Source: Actinomycetota bacterium
Lineage (GTDB): Bacteria; Actinomycetota; CADDZG01; JAHWKV01; JAOPZY01
DNA: 54,666 nucleotides
Assembly (NCBI GenBank): GCA_036495025.1
Contig: DASXNO010000196.1
Location: 1 to 54,666, forward strand
Direction: 5' to 3'
In this document: positions 1-10,648 of the stretch, one piece after another
Numbering within the stretch: the first letter of the stretch is position 1
How the letters are laid out: each line of letters begins with the position of its first letter
Notes under the pieces: model-generated
The model's database searches: none
Seen by the model: only the letters and a program-made list of their open reading frames with translations
What the model was told of the DNA's origin: nothing
Made by a program: the position numbers and the translations under genes

Positions 1-492
1 GCCCACGAGCCGGCGGGCGAGGGCGTGATCCAGCATGGGCCCCAGCTTGGCGGTCGAGTACACCCTCGCCAGGTCGGCGATGGTCCGCCCCGGCGTGGTC
101 ACGGGGATGCCGCTCAACCGGCCGGCGTCGCCGGGGGCCAGTAGCCGCGTCTGATGGGCGATCAGCCCCTCCACCTGGACCTGCCGGGGCCGGGTCACCG
201 TGACTTCCGCCCACCTCGGAGCGCCCGGCATGCCATGCAGCGCCGCAGCGGCCCGGTGAGAAGCCACCGCTCCGACACCTGCCGCCAGAACCCCCGCCAT
301 GGCCTTCTGCTCCCAGGTGCACTCCGTGCCGGCGAGGCGGTAGGCCCCCTGGAACACCCGGACCCACTCGCCGCTGGCCAGCCGGTGGTCGATCGAGCGT
401 CCCGACATGCCGCACTCCAGGGCTTGGCGGCGGCAGATTGCACCGTGCTGGCGCTGTGCAAGCCCGAGAATGGTCCGTTCTGCATTGTTCAC
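1..492 (-). CDS. AbiEi-like wHTH / DUF559-associated protein; only the N-terminal part lies in the window, the gene runs off the window start
   Basis: This frame is not listed in the ORF track. The minus frame from GTG (492..490) stays open to nt 1. It reads VNNAERTILGLAQRQHGAICRRQALECGMSGRSIDHRLASGEWVRVFQGAYRLAG...GIPVTTPGRTIADLARV, the pattern typical of AbiEi_4-type N-terminal domains. The listed 96-aa ORF 195..485 is a different, R/G/S-rich shadow frame. Confidence 0.5.
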   Translation of the reverse strand, partial: MNNAERTILGLAQRQHGAICRRQALECGMSGRSIDHRLASGEWVRVFQGAYRLAGTECTWEQKAMAGVLAAGVGAVASHRAAAALHGMPGAPRWAEVTVTRPRQVQVEGLIAHQTRLLAPGDAGRLSGIPVTTPGRTIADLARVYSTAKLGPMLDHALARRLVG

Positions 493-611
493 ATGCGTAG
501 AGAAGCATGGTTGGCCTGTTCTGGCCAGGGGTGGCAGGAAAAGTCCACAGTATGTGTGGAAAATCCCTGCCACCCCCGCCGCCCGAGGGTGTCCAGGGGC
601 GTTGCGTAGTG

Positions 612-640
612 TTGACCAGGTATGATTGAGGTGCTACGTT
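612..640 (+). promoter_or_regulatory. candidate sigma70-type promoter for rpsL-rpsG
   Basis: TTGACC (612-617), a 17-nt spacer, then TACGTT (635-640), about 130 nt upstream of the rpsL start. Called on hexamers only. Confidence 0.3.
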
Positions 641-773
641 CTTAGCTCGCGTCTCGCCCCCCCGTTAGGGGAACCGGGCCGAGGGGCAGCCTGCCTCCCC
701 AGTCGCCGAAGTACCTGACTTGGGACGCGGGCACACGCGCGAATGGCCAGAGAAGAAAGAGAAGGGTGCTAGG

Positions 774-1145
<372 letters not shown>

Positions 1146-1149
1146 AGGG

Positions 1150-1620
1150 ATGCCACGCAAGGGACCTGCCATCAAGCGGGAGCCGAAGCCCGACCCCGTC
1201 TACCACAACCCGCTGGCGACGCAGTTCATCAACCGGCTGATGCTGCGGGGCAAGCGCTCGCTGGCGGAGAAGATCGTCTACGGGGCGCTCAAGATCATCT
1301 CCGAGAAAACCGGCGGTGACCCCACCCAGACGTTGCGCAAGGCCACCGACTCCGTCCGGCCCCTCATCGAGGTCAAGTCCCGGCGGGTCGGCGGCGCCAC
1401 GTACCAGGTCCCCATGGAGGTGCCCTCCCGGCGCTCGACGACGCTGGCGATCCGCTGGATCGTCAACTTCTCCCGGGCGCGCCGTGAGCGCACCATGGAG
1501 GCCCGGCTGGCCGGCGAGTTGATGGATGCAGCAAATGGTGTCGGTGCTTCCGTGAAACGGCGGGAGGACCTGCACAAGATGGCGGAGGCGAATAAGGCGT
1601 TCGCGCACTACAGATGGTGA
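1150..1620 (+). CDS. rpsG: 30S ribosomal protein S7
   Basis: Contains MPRKGPA...[15 protein letters not shown]...NKAFAHYRW. The ATG at 1150 lies inside track ORF 1021..1620. Confidence 0.96.
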   Translation: MPRKGPAIKREPKPDPVYHNPLATQFINRLMLRGKRSLAEKIVYGALKIISEKTGGDPTQTLRKATDSVRPLIEVKSRRVGGATYQVPMEVPSRRSTTLAIRWIVNFSRARRERTMEARLAGELMDAANGVGASVKRREDLHKMAEANKAFAHYRW

Positions 1621-1756
1621 CGCTCCCAACCGGCGTGCCGGTCGTGGGGTAAGCTGGAACGTCCGTTTCCGAACGCAGTCGCGTACAGGGGGCAGCTTTG
1701 GGCAAAAGCAGGCGGGTGGTTTCGCAGACGTAGGTTTGCGCTGTAGCGAAGCCGCC

Positions 1757-1790
1757 CGGCCGGGAGACTGCCTCCCGGCCGTTTTGTTGC
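1757..1790 (+). terminator. intrinsic terminator/attenuator between rpsG and fusA
   Basis: A 10-bp GC stem, cggccgggag (1757-1766) paired with ctcccggccg (1772-1781), has a 5-nt loop and is followed by ttttgttgc. Confidence 0.6.
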
Positions 1791-1890
1791 AAAAAAGCGT
1801 AGTGAGGCAGACGGAACACCGCAAGAACAAGGCAACAAGCAACAGCGAGGACATTCCGTAGGGGGGTTGGAAGGGTTGGTGGTAAAGGCG

Positions 1891-4041
1891 ATGGCAAGCG
1901 AACCTGAGTTCCTCCAGAAACCCACACTGAGGGCAGTGGAGGGCAAGGCCGGCGCGCCCTTGATCAGGGAGTATCCGCTGCTGCGTACCCGCAACATCGG
2001 GATCATGGCCCACATCGACGCAGGCAAGACCACGACGACCGAGCGGATCCTCTACTACACCGGCCGCACCTACAAGATGGGCGAGGTCCACGAGGGCGCC
2101 GCCGTCATGGACTGGATGATCCAGGAGCAGGAGCGCGGGATCACCATCACGTCTGCCGCCACGACCTGCCGGTGGAAGGACCACTGGATCAACATCATCG
2201 ACACGCCCGGCCACGTCGATTTCACCGTCGAGGTCGAACGGGCGCTGCGCGTCCTCGACGGCGCGGTCGCTGTCTTCGACGCCGTTGCCGGTGTCGAGCC
2301 CCAGACCGAGACGGTCTGGCGCCAGGCCGACCGCTACCGGGTCCCCCGGATCTGCTTCATCAACAAGATGGACCGCCTCGGCGCGGACTTCTTCATGACC
2401 GTCGACATGATCCGGGAGCGCCTCGGCTCCCACCCCCTGCCCGTCCAGATCCCCTGGGGCAGCGAGGCCGACTTCCACGGCGTCATCGACCTCATCGAGA
2501 TGAAGGGCCGCTACTGGACCTCCGACAAGGGCGACGTGTGGGAAGACCGGGAGATCCCGGAGGAGCTCCGGCAGGAGGCCGACTACTGGCACCACGAGCT
2601 GTTCGAGGCGCTGGCCGAGTTCGACGACGAGGTCATGGAGGCCTACGTCGGCGGCGGCGAGCCCAGCCCCGAGCATCTCCGCATGGCGGTCCGCAAAGCC
2701 ACGCTCACGGGGGAGGCCACCCCGGTGCTCTGCGGCTCCGCCTTCAAGAACAAGGGCGTCCAGCCGCTGCTCGACGCGATCCTCCACTACCTGCCGTCGC
2801 CGCTCGACGTCCCGCCCGTGGTGGGCGAGAACCCCAAGACCGGCGACAAGGCGGAGCGCAAGGCCGACGACGCCGAGCCGTTCTCCGCCCTGGCCTTCAA
2901 GATCATGTCCGACCCCCACGTCGGCCGGCTCACCTACTTCCGGGTCTACTCCGGCATGGTCAAGACGGGCGCGGCGGTGTCGAATTCCACCCACGACCGC
3001 AAGGAGCGCATCGGCCGCATCCTCCAGATGCACGCCAACCACCGGGAGGACAAGGAGGCGGCCTTCACCGGGGACATCGTGGCGGTCGTCGGCATGAAGC
3101 ACACCTTCACCGGCGACACGCTCTGCGACCCCACCCACCCCATCATCCTCGAGGCCCCCGTCTTCGCCCAGCCCGTCATCCACCTGGCGATCGAGCCGAG
3201 GACGAAGGTCGACCAGGAGAAGCTCGCCACGGCGCTGCAGCGCCTCGCCGAGGAAGACCCGACCTTCCAGATCCGCACCGACACCGAGACCGGCCAGACA
3301 ATCATCGCGGGCATGGGGGAGTTGCATCTCGAGGTCCTCGTCGACCGGCTGACCCGTGAGTTCAAGGTCGACGCCAACGTCGGCAAGCCGCAGGTCGCCT
3401 ACCGCGAGACCGTCCGCCAGCACGTGGAGAAGGTGGTCCTCCGGTACGTCAAGCAGACCGGTGGCAAGGGCCAGTTCGCCCACGTCGTCCTCGACCTGGA
3501 GCCACTCGGCCCCGGTGGGGGCTACGAGTTCGTCGACAAGATCAAGGGCGGCTCCATCCCCACCGAGTACATCCCGGCGGTGGACCAGGGCGTCCAGGAG
3601 GCCATGGCCTCGGGTGTCCTCGCGGGCTACCCGCTGGTCGACATCCGGGTCACCCTGGCCGACGGGTCGTACCACGAGGTGGACTCCTCGGAGATGGCGT
3701 TCAAGATCGCCGGTTCGATGGCCTTGAAGGAAGCGGTCGCCAAGGCCAGGCCGGTGCTGCTCGAGCCCGTGATGGAGGTCGAGGTCGTGACCCCCGAAGA
3801 CTTCATGGGCGACGTCATCGGCGACGTCAACAGCCGCCGGGGCCGCATCGAGAAGTTGGATAATCGTGGGTCATCACGTATCATCCGTGCCTTCGTGCCC
3901 CTGGCCGAGATGTTCGGATACGCAACCGACCTCCGGAGCCGCACCCAGGGCCGGGCCACCTACACCATGCAGTTCCATTCGTACCAGGAAGTGCCGGCCG
4001 CCCTTGGCGAGCAGATCGTCAAGAAGATCCGGGGCTACTAA
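1891..4041 (+). CDS. fusA: elongation factor G
   Basis: Contains [29 protein letters not shown] and NKMD. The start is uncertain. ATG 1891 would give a ~22-aa N-terminal extension. TTG 1960 gives (M)[13 protein letters not shown], which fits the usual EF-G N-terminus better. Confidence 0.95.
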   Translation: MASEPEFLQKPTLRAVEGKAGAPLIREYPLLRTRNIGIMAHIDAGKTTTTERILYYTGRTYKMGEVHEGAAVMDWMIQEQERGITITSAATTCRWKDHWINIIDTPGHVDFTVEVERALRVLDGAVAVFDAVAGVEPQTETVWRQADRYRVPRICFINKMDRLGADFFMTVDMIRERLGSHPLPVQIPWGSEADFHGVIDLIEMKGRYWTSDKGDVWEDREIPEELRQEADYWHHELFEALAEFDDEVMEAYVGGGEPSPEHLRMAVRKATLTGEATPVLCGSAFKNKGVQPLLDAILHYLPSPLDVPPVVGENPKTGDKAERKADDAEPFSALAFKIMSDPHVGRLTYFRVYSGMVKTGAAVSNSTHDRKERIGRILQMHANHREDKEAAFTGDIVAVVGMKHTFTGDTLCDPTHPIILEAPVFAQPVIHLAIEPRTKVDQEKLATALQRLAEEDPTFQIRTDTETGQTIIAGMGELHLEVLVDRLTREFKVDANVGKPQVAYRETVRQHVEKVVLRYVKQTGGKGQFAHVVLDLEPLGPGGGYEFVDKIKGGSIPTEYIPAVDQGVQEAMASGVLAGYPLVDIRVTLADGSYHEVDSSEMAFKIAGSMALKEAVAKARPVLLEPVMEVEVVTPEDFMGDVIGDVNSRRGRIEKLDNRGSSRIIRAFVPLAEMFGYATDLRSRTQGRATYTMQFHSYQEVPAALGEQIVKKIRGY

Positions 4042-4101
4042 GCAACGCTGCCAGGCGACGAGCAGCACCGAGCGCACGACGAGAAGAGAGCAGTAAGGAC
4101 G

Positions 4102-4416
4102 ATGGCGACCCAGAAGATCCGCATCAAGCTGAAGGCGTACGACCACGAGGTCATCGATCAGAGCGCCCGCAAGATCGTCGACACCGTGACCAGGACCGGC
4201 GCAGGGGTGCATGGGCCGATCCCACTGCCCACGCGCATCGAGCGGGTCACCGTCATCCGGTCCCCGCACAAGGACAAGGACTCACGGGAGCACTTCGAGA
4301 TGCGGACGCACAAGCGGATGATCGACATCCTCGATCCGACGCCGAAGACCGTTGACTCGCTCCAGCGGCTGGACCTGCCCGCCGGTGTCGACATCGAGAT
4401 CAAGCTCAACCTGTAG
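4102..4416 (+). CDS. rpsJ: 30S ribosomal protein S10
   Basis: Contains [19 protein letters not shown]...GPIPLPT. Confidence 0.97.
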   Translation: MATQKIRIKLKAYDHEVIDQSARKIVDTVTRTGAGVHGPIPLPTRIERVTVIRSPHKDKDSREHFEMRTHKRMIDILDPTPKTVDSLQRLDLPAGVDIEIKLNL

Positions 4417-4432
4417 GACACGAGAGGAAATC

Positions 4433-5092
4433 ATGGCGGACGTCACCAAAGGGATCCTGGGCACCAAGGTCGGGATGACCCAGATCTTCGACGAGGCTTC
4501 CCGGGTCATTCCGGTGACCGTCGTCCAGGCGGGGCCCTGTCGCATCTCGGCGGTGCGCACCGTCGAGAAGGACGGCTATGCCGCCATCCAGCTCGCCTTC
4601 GGCGAGGTCTCCGAGCGCAAGCTCAACCGACCCGAGCTCGGCCATCTGAAGACCCTCTCGCTCCCGGCGATGCGCCACCTCGTCGAGCTGCGACTGGCGA
4701 CGACCGATGGATTTGAGGTCGGCCAGGAGGTCCTGGCGGACGTGTTCGCCAAGGGGGAGCGGGTCGACGCCGTCGCCAGGTCCAAGGGCAAGGGCTTCTC
4801 GGGGGTCATGCGCCGCCACGGCTTCAAGGGTCTCTCCTCCAGCCACGGTACCGAGCGCAAGCACCGCTCCCCCGGCTCCGTCGGCGCCAGCGCCACCCCG
4901 TCCCGCATCTTCAAGGGGATGAAGATGGGCGGCCAGCTCGGTGCCGGCCAGGTCACGATCCTCAACCTCGAGGTCGTCGAGGCGGACCCCAGGCGCAACC
5001 TCCTCCTGATCCGGGGTGCCGTTCCCGGCCCCAACGGCTGCCTGGTGCTCATCCGCTCCTCCGTCCGGGCGAAGGGGGCGAAGTCCTCGTGA
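4433..5092 (+). CDS. rplC: 50S ribosomal protein L3
   Basis: Contains GILGTKVGMTQIFDE...SKGKGFSGVMRRHGF. ATG at 4433 is preceded by gagagga. Confidence 0.96.
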   Translation: MADVTKGILGTKVGMTQIFDEASRVIPVTVVQAGPCRISAVRTVEKDGYAAIQLAFGEVSERKLNRPELGHLKTLSLPAMRHLVELRLATTDGFEVGQEVLADVFAKGERVDAVARSKGKGFSGVMRRHGFKGLSSSHGTERKHRSPGSVGASATPSRIFKGMKMGGQLGAGQVTILNLEVVEADPRRNLLLIRGAVPGPNGCLVLIRSSVRAKGAKSS

Positions 5093-5874
5093 GTGTCGCC
5101 ACCTACGTCGACGGTGACGGTGCCCAGGCCGGCACCGTCTCGCTGCCCGATGAGATCTTCGATGTCGAACCCAACGTCCCGGTCATGCACGCGGTGGTCA
5201 GGGCGCACCTTGCCGCCATCCGGGCGGGTACCCACTCGACGAAGACCCGGGCCGAGGTCCGCGGCGGCGGGCGCAAGCCCTGGCGCCAGAAGGGGACCGG
5301 CCGGGCCCGCCACGGCTCCATCCGTGAGCCGCAGTGGGTGGGCGGCGGGATCGCCCACGGGCCAAAGCCCCGCGACTATGCCTTCAGCCTGACGAAGAAG
5401 ACCCGTGCCCTGGCCCTCAAGGGAGCCCTGAGCGACCGGGCCCGCGAGGGCAGCATCGTCGTGGTGGACCTCCCTGCCTTCGAGGAGCCGAAGACGAAGC
5501 GGGCGGTGGAGTTGCTGGAGCGCTGGGGGGCGAGCGGCAAGGTCCTGATCGTGACCGGCCAGCGCGACCCCACCGAGCACATCGACACCTGGAAGTCGTT
5601 CCGCAACCTCCCCCACGTCCTGATGGTCCAGGTGCCGACGACCTACCGGGTGCTGGCCGCCGACGTCGTCGTCCTGACCCGGGAGGCCCTGGCCGAGATC
5701 ACGAAGTCGGACGTCTCGGTCGAGGGTGCAACGCCAGCCCCTGAGCCGGTCCTCGAGGCGCCGGAGACCGTGGCGGAGGTCGCCCCCGAGAGCGTCCCCG
5801 AGATCGTCCCGGCGAGCGAGAGCGGCGAGCGCGACGAGAGCACGGCAGTGCCTGAGGCAGGTGAGGCCGAATGA
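5089..5874 (+). CDS. rplD: 50S ribosomal protein L4, with an acidic ~50-aa C-terminal tail
   Basis: Contains GGGRKPWRQKGTGRARHGSIR. The GTG start overlaps the rplC stop (GTGA). Confidence 0.95.
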   Translation: MSVATYVDGDGAQAGTVSLPDEIFDVEPNVPVMHAVVRAHLAAIRAGTHSTKTRAEVRGGGRKPWRQKGTGRARHGSIREPQWVGGGIAHGPKPRDYAFSLTKKTRALALKGALSDRAREGSIVVVDLPAFEEPKTKRAVELLERWGASGKVLIVTGQRDPTEHIDTWKSFRNLPHVLMVQVPTTYRVLAADVVVLTREALAEITKSDVSVEGATPAPEPVLEAPETVAEVAPESVPEIVPASESGERDESTAVPEAGEAE

Positions 5875-6158
5875 CCGCCGCCCGCGACATCATCCTGCGC
5901 CCGGTCGTCAGCGAGAAGTCCTACGGGCTCATCGACCACGACACCTACACGTTCCTCGTGCCCCGGGAGGCCACGAAGATCGACATCCGCCACGCGGTGG
6001 AGGAGATCTGGGGCGTGAAGGTGGTCGGCGTCAACACTGCCAACCGCAAGGGCAAGACCAAGCGCACCCGGAACATGACCGGCACACGGGCAAGCTCGAA
6101 GCGAGCCATCGTCAAGCTCGCCGAGGGCGACAAGATCGAACTCTTCGAGACACGGTAG
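5871..6158 (+). CDS. rplW: 50S ribosomal protein L23
   Basis: Contains [13 protein letters not shown]. The start overlaps the rplD stop (ATGA). Confidence 0.95.
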   Translation: MTAARDIILRPVVSEKSYGLIDHDTYTFLVPREATKIDIRHAVEEIWGVKVVGVNTANRKGKTKRTRNMTGTRASSKRAIVKLAEGDKIELFETR

Positions 6159-6168
6159 GGATCCGACC

Positions 6169-7002
6169 ATGACCATCCGAAAGGCCAAGCCCACGACTCC
6201 CGGACGGCGAGGGATGTCGTTTGCCGACTTCTCGGATATCACGCGGGACCATCCCGAGCGCTCCCTCGTCGCCCCCAAGCCGAAGAAGGCGGGTCGCAAC
6301 GTCCACGGCCGGATCACGACGCGCCACCAGGGCGGCGGCCACAAGCAGCAGTACCGGCTGATCGATTTCCGCCGGGACAAGGACGCCATCCCTGCGAAAG
6401 TCGCCCACATCGAGTACGACCCCAACCGGAGCGCCCGCATCGCCCTGCTGCACTACGTCGACGGCGAGAAGCGCTACATCGTCTGTCCCGACAAGGTCTC
6501 GGTGGGCGACATGCTCATGAGCGGGCCCACCGCGGAGATCCGGCCCGGCAATGCGCTGCCCCTGCGGAACATCCCCGTGGGTACAGTGGTTCATAATGTG
6601 GAGTTGAAGCAGGGCGGCGGTGCGAAGATTGCCCGCTCGGCAGGCGCTTCGGTCCAGTTGGTGGCCAAGGAGACAACCATGGCCACCCTGCGGCTCCCCT
6701 CGGGAGAGATGCGGCTCATTCCCGTGGGCTGCCGTGCGACGGTCGGTGAGGTCGGCAACTCCGAAGCCGAGCTGATCTCGGTCGGCAAGGCGGGCCGCAG
6801 CCGCTGGCAGGGTAAGCGGCCGAGCGTCCGGGGTGTGGCGATGAACCCCATTGACCACCCCCTGGGTGGTGGCGAGGGCAAGGCCTCCGGTGGCCGGAAC
6901 CCGACGTCGCCCTGGGGCAAGAAGGAAGGCAGGACGCGCAAGAAGGGCAAGTACTCCGACGCCGCCATCGTCCGGCGGCGCGGAGCGAAACGGGGAGGGT
7001 AG
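6169..7002 (+). CDS. rplB: 50S ribosomal protein L2
   Basis: Contains [21 protein letters not shown] and [13 protein letters not shown]. Confidence 0.97.
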   Translation: MTIRKAKPTTPGRRGMSFADFSDITRDHPERSLVAPKPKKAGRNVHGRITTRHQGGGHKQQYRLIDFRRDKDAIPAKVAHIEYDPNRSARIALLHYVDGEKRYIVCPDKVSVGDMLMSGPTAEIRPGNALPLRNIPVGTVVHNVELKQGGGAKIARSAGASVQLVAKETTMATLRLPSGEMRLIPVGCRATVGEVGNSEAELISVGKAGRSRWQGKRPSVRGVAMNPIDHPLGGGEGKASGGRNPTSPWGKKEGRTRKKGKYSDAAIVRRRGAKRGG

Positions 7003-7005
7003 GGA

Positions 7006-7290
7006 GTGCCGAGGTCACTGAGCAAGGGTCCGTTTGTCGACGACCATCTGTTGAAGAAGGTCGACGAGTTGAACCGCCGCGGCGACAAGCGGGTCGTCAA
7101 GACCTGGTCGCGCCGGTCGACGCTGATCCCGGACATGGTGGGCCACACGCTGGCGGTGCACGACGGCCGCAAGCACGTGCCGGTGTACGTCACCGAATCG
7201 ATGGTCGGCCACAAGCTCGGCGAGTTCGCCCCGACCCGGACCTTCCGAACGCACGGGCACCACACCGAACGAAGCTCGAGGCTGAAGTAA
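7006..7290 (+). CDS. rpsS: 30S ribosomal protein S19
   Basis: Contains [15 protein letters not shown]...[17 protein letters not shown]. Confidence 0.97.
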   Translation: MPRSLSKGPFVDDHLLKKVDELNRRGDKRVVKTWSRRSTLIPDMVGHTLAVHDGRKHVPVYVTESMVGHKLGEFAPTRTFRTHGHHTERSSRLK

Positions 7291-7292
7291 CG

Positions 7293-7880
7293 ATGGCGAA
7301 GACACGTTCCGAACTCAACCGGCAGGCGACGGCCGGTGCGCGCTACCTGCGCATCAGCCCGCCGAAGCTCAACCAGGTGGCTGCCCTGATCCGCGGCGTC
7401 CACGTCGACGAGGCGCGCCGGATCCTCGCCTTCACCCCCAAGGCAGCGAGCCATGAGATCTCGAAGGTGCTGGAGGCGGCGATCGCCAATGCCGAGCACA
7501 ACCACGACCTGGCCGCCCACGAGCTGTTCGTGAAGGAGGTCACCGCCGACGAGGGGCCGACGCTGAAGCGGTTCCGCCCCCGTGCGCTGGGCCGCGCCTA
7601 TCGCATCCGCAAGCGGACGAGCCACCTGCACATCGTCGTGGAGCGCCGGGGCACCGAGCCGGCGCCACGGCCCGCAGGGAGCGCCGGTGCCGAGCCGGCA
7701 GGGCGCCGGTGGCGGCGGGGCCAGGGCGAGGCGGCGGCGTCGGGCGCAGCCCCGAAGGCGCCGCGGACGCGGGCCGGCCTCAGGGCGGCCAGGAGAGCTG
7801 GACCGAAGACGGAGAGCAGGGGCGAGGCAAAAGGCGGCGGGCGCCGCCAGATGCCGAGGCCGGCCAAGGGAGGCAACTGA
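7293..7880 (+). CDS. rplV: 50S ribosomal protein L22, with a ~75-aa basic A/G/R-rich C-terminal tail
   Basis: Contains [20 protein letters not shown]...[20 protein letters not shown], followed by a low-complexity tail. Confidence 0.94.
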   Translation: MAKTRSELNRQATAGARYLRISPPKLNQVAALIRGVHVDEARRILAFTPKAASHEISKVLEAAIANAEHNHDLAAHELFVKEVTADEGPTLKRFRPRALGRAYRIRKRTSHLHIVVERRGTEPAPRPAGSAGAEPAGRRWRRGQGEAAASGAAPKAPRTRAGLRAARRAGPKTESRGEAKGGGRRQMPRPAKGGN

Positions 7881-7882
7881 GC

Positions 7883-8854
7883 GTGGGTCACAAAGTTCAC
7901 CCGTACGGGTTCCGGCTGGGCATCGTCACCGACTGGAAGTCCCGCTGGTACGCCGAGGGCAACCAGTACCGCCAGTACGTGCTGTCGGACGACCGTATCC
8001 GGGAATACCTGAAGAACCTCCTCCCGCACGCCGCCATCAGCCGGATCGAGATCGAGCGGACCCGCGAGCGCGTCCGGGTCGACGTCCACACGGCCCGGCC
8101 GGGCATCGTCATCGGCCGCCGGGGGGTGCAGGCAGACGAGATCCGCGGCACCCTCGAGCAGATGGAGACCAAGGCAGCCCGCGCCGTGACCGGCAAGGAC
8201 GTGAACGTCCAGGTGCAGCTCAACATCATCGAGGTGAAGGCCCCCGACCTGGACTCACAGCTCCTGGCCCAGGCCGTGGCCGAGCAGCTGTCGTCCCGGG
8301 TGTCGTTCCGCAGGGCGATGCGCAAGGCGGTCAACACCGCGATCAAGGCGGGGGCCCAGGGCGTCAAGATCTCCTGCGCCGGCCGCCTCGGCGGGGCCGA
8401 GATGAGCCGCCGTGAGGGCTACCACGAGGGCAAGGTCCCGCTGCACACGCTCCGGGCGGACATCGACTACGGCTTCACCGAGGCCCGGACCACCTTCGGG
8501 CGCATCGGCGTCAAGGTCTGGATCTACAAGGGCGACGTGGTCCCCGTCCGGGAGGCAACCGCCCGGCGCCGGGCCGCGGAACAGGACGCGGCGGTCTCCG
8601 GCCAGGCCCCCGCGCCGGCCCCGGCCGGCACCGACCGCCCGGCACGCTCCGGCGGGCGCGGCGGACAGGGTGGCCCCCGCTCCGGGGGCGGCGGCGGCCA
8701 GGGGCGGCCCCCGCGGCGCGAGCCCCGCCCGGCACCGGCCGCCCAGGCGACCCCGGCTCCCGTCCCCTCGACTGCACCACCGGCTCCTGCCGAGCCCGCA
8801 GCGGCACCGCCGCCGCCGACCCGGCAGGCGCAGGAGGGGCCCGCCGATGCTTAG
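7883..8854 (+). CDS. rpsC: 30S ribosomal protein S3, with a ~100-aa G/R/P/A-rich C-terminal tail
   Basis: GTG at 7883 gives (M)[23 protein letters not shown]. The part of track ORF 7709..8854 upstream of this is a shadow of the rplV tail. Confidence 0.94.
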   Translation: MGHKVHPYGFRLGIVTDWKSRWYAEGNQYRQYVLSDDRIREYLKNLLPHAAISRIEIERTRERVRVDVHTARPGIVIGRRGVQADEIRGTLEQMETKAARAVTGKDVNVQVQLNIIEVKAPDLDSQLLAQAVAEQLSSRVSFRRAMRKAVNTAIKAGAQGVKISCAGRLGGAEMSRREGYHEGKVPLHTLRADIDYGFTEARTTFGRIGVKVWIYKGDVVPVREATARRRAAEQDAAVSGQAPAPAPAGTDRPARSGGRGGQGGPRSGGGGGQGRPPRREPRPAPAAQATPAPVPSTAPPAPAEPAAAPPPPTRQAQEGPADA

Positions 8855-9266
8855 CCCGAAGAAGGTCAAGCACCGCAAGCAGCACCGCGGCCGCATGCGG
8901 GGGCTGTCCAAGGGCGGCACCAAGGTCAACTTCGGTGACTTCGGCCTCCAGGCAATCGAGCCCGGCTGGATCACGAGCCGCCAGATCGAGTCGGCACGTG
9001 TCGCCATCACCCGCCACGTCAAGCGAGGCGGCAAGGTGTGGATCAACATCTTCCCGGACAAGCCCTACACGAAGAAGCCCGCCGAGACCCGGATGGGGTC
9101 CGGCAAGGGCAACCCCGAGGGCTGGGTGGCCGTGGTGAAACCTGGCCGGGTCATGTTCGAGCTCGCCGGCGTCCCCGAGCCCATCGCCACCGAGGCCATG
9201 CGTCTCGCCGGGCACAAGCTGCCCATTCACACCCGGTTCGTCCGGCGGGAGGGTGGAGAGGTTTGA
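8847..9266 (+). CDS. rplP: 50S ribosomal protein L16
   Basis: Contains [17 protein letters not shown]...[18 protein letters not shown] at 8847 overlaps the rpsC 3' end. Confidence 0.96.
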   Translation: MLSPKKVKHRKQHRGRMRGLSKGGTKVNFGDFGLQAIEPGWITSRQIESARVAITRHVKRGGKVWINIFPDKPYTKKPAETRMGSGKGNPEGWVAVVKPGRVMFELAGVPEPIATEAMRLAGHKLPIHTRFVRREGGEV

Positions 9267-9655
9267 AGACCGCGGAGATTCGTGAGCTACCCTCTGAGGA
9301 GTTGCAGACGCGCCTCGACGAGGTGAAGGAGGAGTTGTTCAACCTCCGCTTCCAGCACGCCACCGGCCAGCTCGAGAACTACGGCCGGCTCGGTCAGCTC
9401 CGGAGGGACGTCGCGCGGCTTCGCTCGATCCAGCGTGAGCGGGAGCTCGGTATCGGCAACGAGCCGGAACCCGAAGAGGTCGAGCGCTCCCGCCGCCGGC
9501 GCGAGCGGGAGAAGGAAGAAAGCGACGCCGATGCTCCGAGGCGCCGGCGGGGTCTGCGGCGTGGGCGCGGCGAGGAAGCGGAAGCCGGCGAGACCGGCGA
9601 GGCCGGGGCAATGGAGACGTCTGAAGAGGCCGGAGAGGTGGAGGAAGACCAGTGA
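9263..9655 (+). CDS. rpmC: 50S ribosomal protein L29, with a ~60-aa highly charged E/R-rich C-terminal tail
   Basis: TTG at 9263 overlaps the rplP stop. Contains [38 protein letters not shown]. Confidence 0.9.
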   Translation: MKTAEIRELPSEELQTRLDEVKEELFNLRFQHATGQLENYGRLGQLRRDVARLRSIQRERELGIGNEPEPEEVERSRRRREREKEESDADAPRRRRGLRRGRGEEAEAGETGEAGAMETSEEAGEVEEDQ

Positions 9656-9957
9656 GCGATGCCGGGGGGCCCTCGGACGAGGTTCGGGGGCAGGAAAAGG
9701 TTGAGGAGCGACCGCAGCGCAAGGTGCGCCTGGGCGTCGTGACCTCCGACCGCATGGACAAGACCGTGGTGGTGCAGATCACCCAGACGATCCGCCACCC
9801 CCTCTACCCAAAGATCTACCGGCGGCGGAAGAACCTCTACGCCCATGACGAGACCAACGCCGTCAAGGTCGGCGACACGGTGCGGGTCATGGAGACGCGG
9901 CCGATGTCGAAGCTGAAGCGCTGGAGGGTTGTCGAAGTGCTTGAGAGGGCGAAGTGA
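9652..9957 (+). CDS. rpsQ: 30S ribosomal protein S17
   Basis: Contains [21 protein letters not shown]...YAHDE. The start overlaps the rpmC stop (GTGA). Confidence 0.95.
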   Translation: MSDAGGPSDEVRGQEKVEERPQRKVRLGVVTSDRMDKTVVVQITQTIRHPLYPKIYRRRKNLYAHDETNAVKVGDTVRVMETRPMSKLKRWRVVEVLERAK

Positions 9958-10322
9958 TCCAGCAGGAGTCCCGGTGCAGGGTGGCGGACAACACGGGTGC
10001 CCGCGAGGTGCTCGTCATCAAGGTGCTGGGCGGCTCCCAGCGCCGGTACGCCGGCGTGGGCGACGTCATCGTCGCCGCGGTCAAGGACGCCCTGCCCAAC
10101 CAGCAGGTCAAGAAGGGTGACGTGGTGAAGGCGGTCGTCGTGCGGACCGCCAAGGAGAAGCGCCGCCCCGACGGCAGCTACATCCGCTTCGACGACAACG
10201 CCGTCGTCATCATCAACGACCAGAACAACCCCCGCGGCACCCGCGTCTTCGGGCCGGTGGCCCGGGAGCTCAGGGAGAAGCGCTTCATGAAGATCATCTC
10301 GCTCGCCCCGGAGGTCCTCTAG
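9954..10322 (+). CDS. rplN: 50S ribosomal protein L14
   Basis: Contains [28 protein letters not shown]. Confidence 0.97.
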   Translation: MIQQESRCRVADNTGAREVLVIKVLGGSQRRYAGVGDVIVAAVKDALPNQQVKKGDVVKAVVVRTAKEKRRPDGSYIRFDDNAVVIINDQNNPRGTRVFGPVARELREKRFMKIISLAPEVL

Positions 10323-10648
10323 TGGCTGCCCGCATCCGCAAGGGAGACCGGGTCCACGTCCTGTCCGGCAAGGACGCCGGCAGGGAGGGCCGGGTGATCG
10401 CCGTTCTCCCGGCCCGCAACCGGGTGCTCGTCGAGGGCGTCAACCGGGTGAAGCGCCACGAGAAGGTGCGGCCCTCCGCCCGCGGTGGCGGCCAGGAGGG
10501 CGGGATCGTCACCAAGGAGCTCCCCGTGGACCTGTCCAACGTCACGCTGGTCTGCGGGTCCTGCGGCCCGACCCGCGTCGGGTTCTCCGTTGCCGAAGAC
10601 GGCACGAAGATCCGCGTCTGCCGTTCATGCGAAGGGGAGCTGGCCTGA
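10322..10648 (+). CDS. rplX: 50S ribosomal protein L24, with a C-terminal CxxC...CxxC motif
   Basis: Contains [24 protein letters not shown] (KOW domain). The C-terminus reads [30 protein letters not shown]. Confidence 0.95.
   Translation: MAARIRKGDRVHVLSGKDAGREGRVIAVLPARNRVLVEGVNRVKRHEKVRPSARGGGQEGGIVTKELPVDLSNVTLVCGSCGPTRVGFSVAEDGTKIRVCRSCEGELA

Noticed and set aside
195-485. The listed 96-aa minus-strand ORF at the left edge.
   Set aside because: A different minus frame (492..1) gives a clean AbiEi-like wHTH sequence. The listed frame gives S/R/G/A-rich nonsense.
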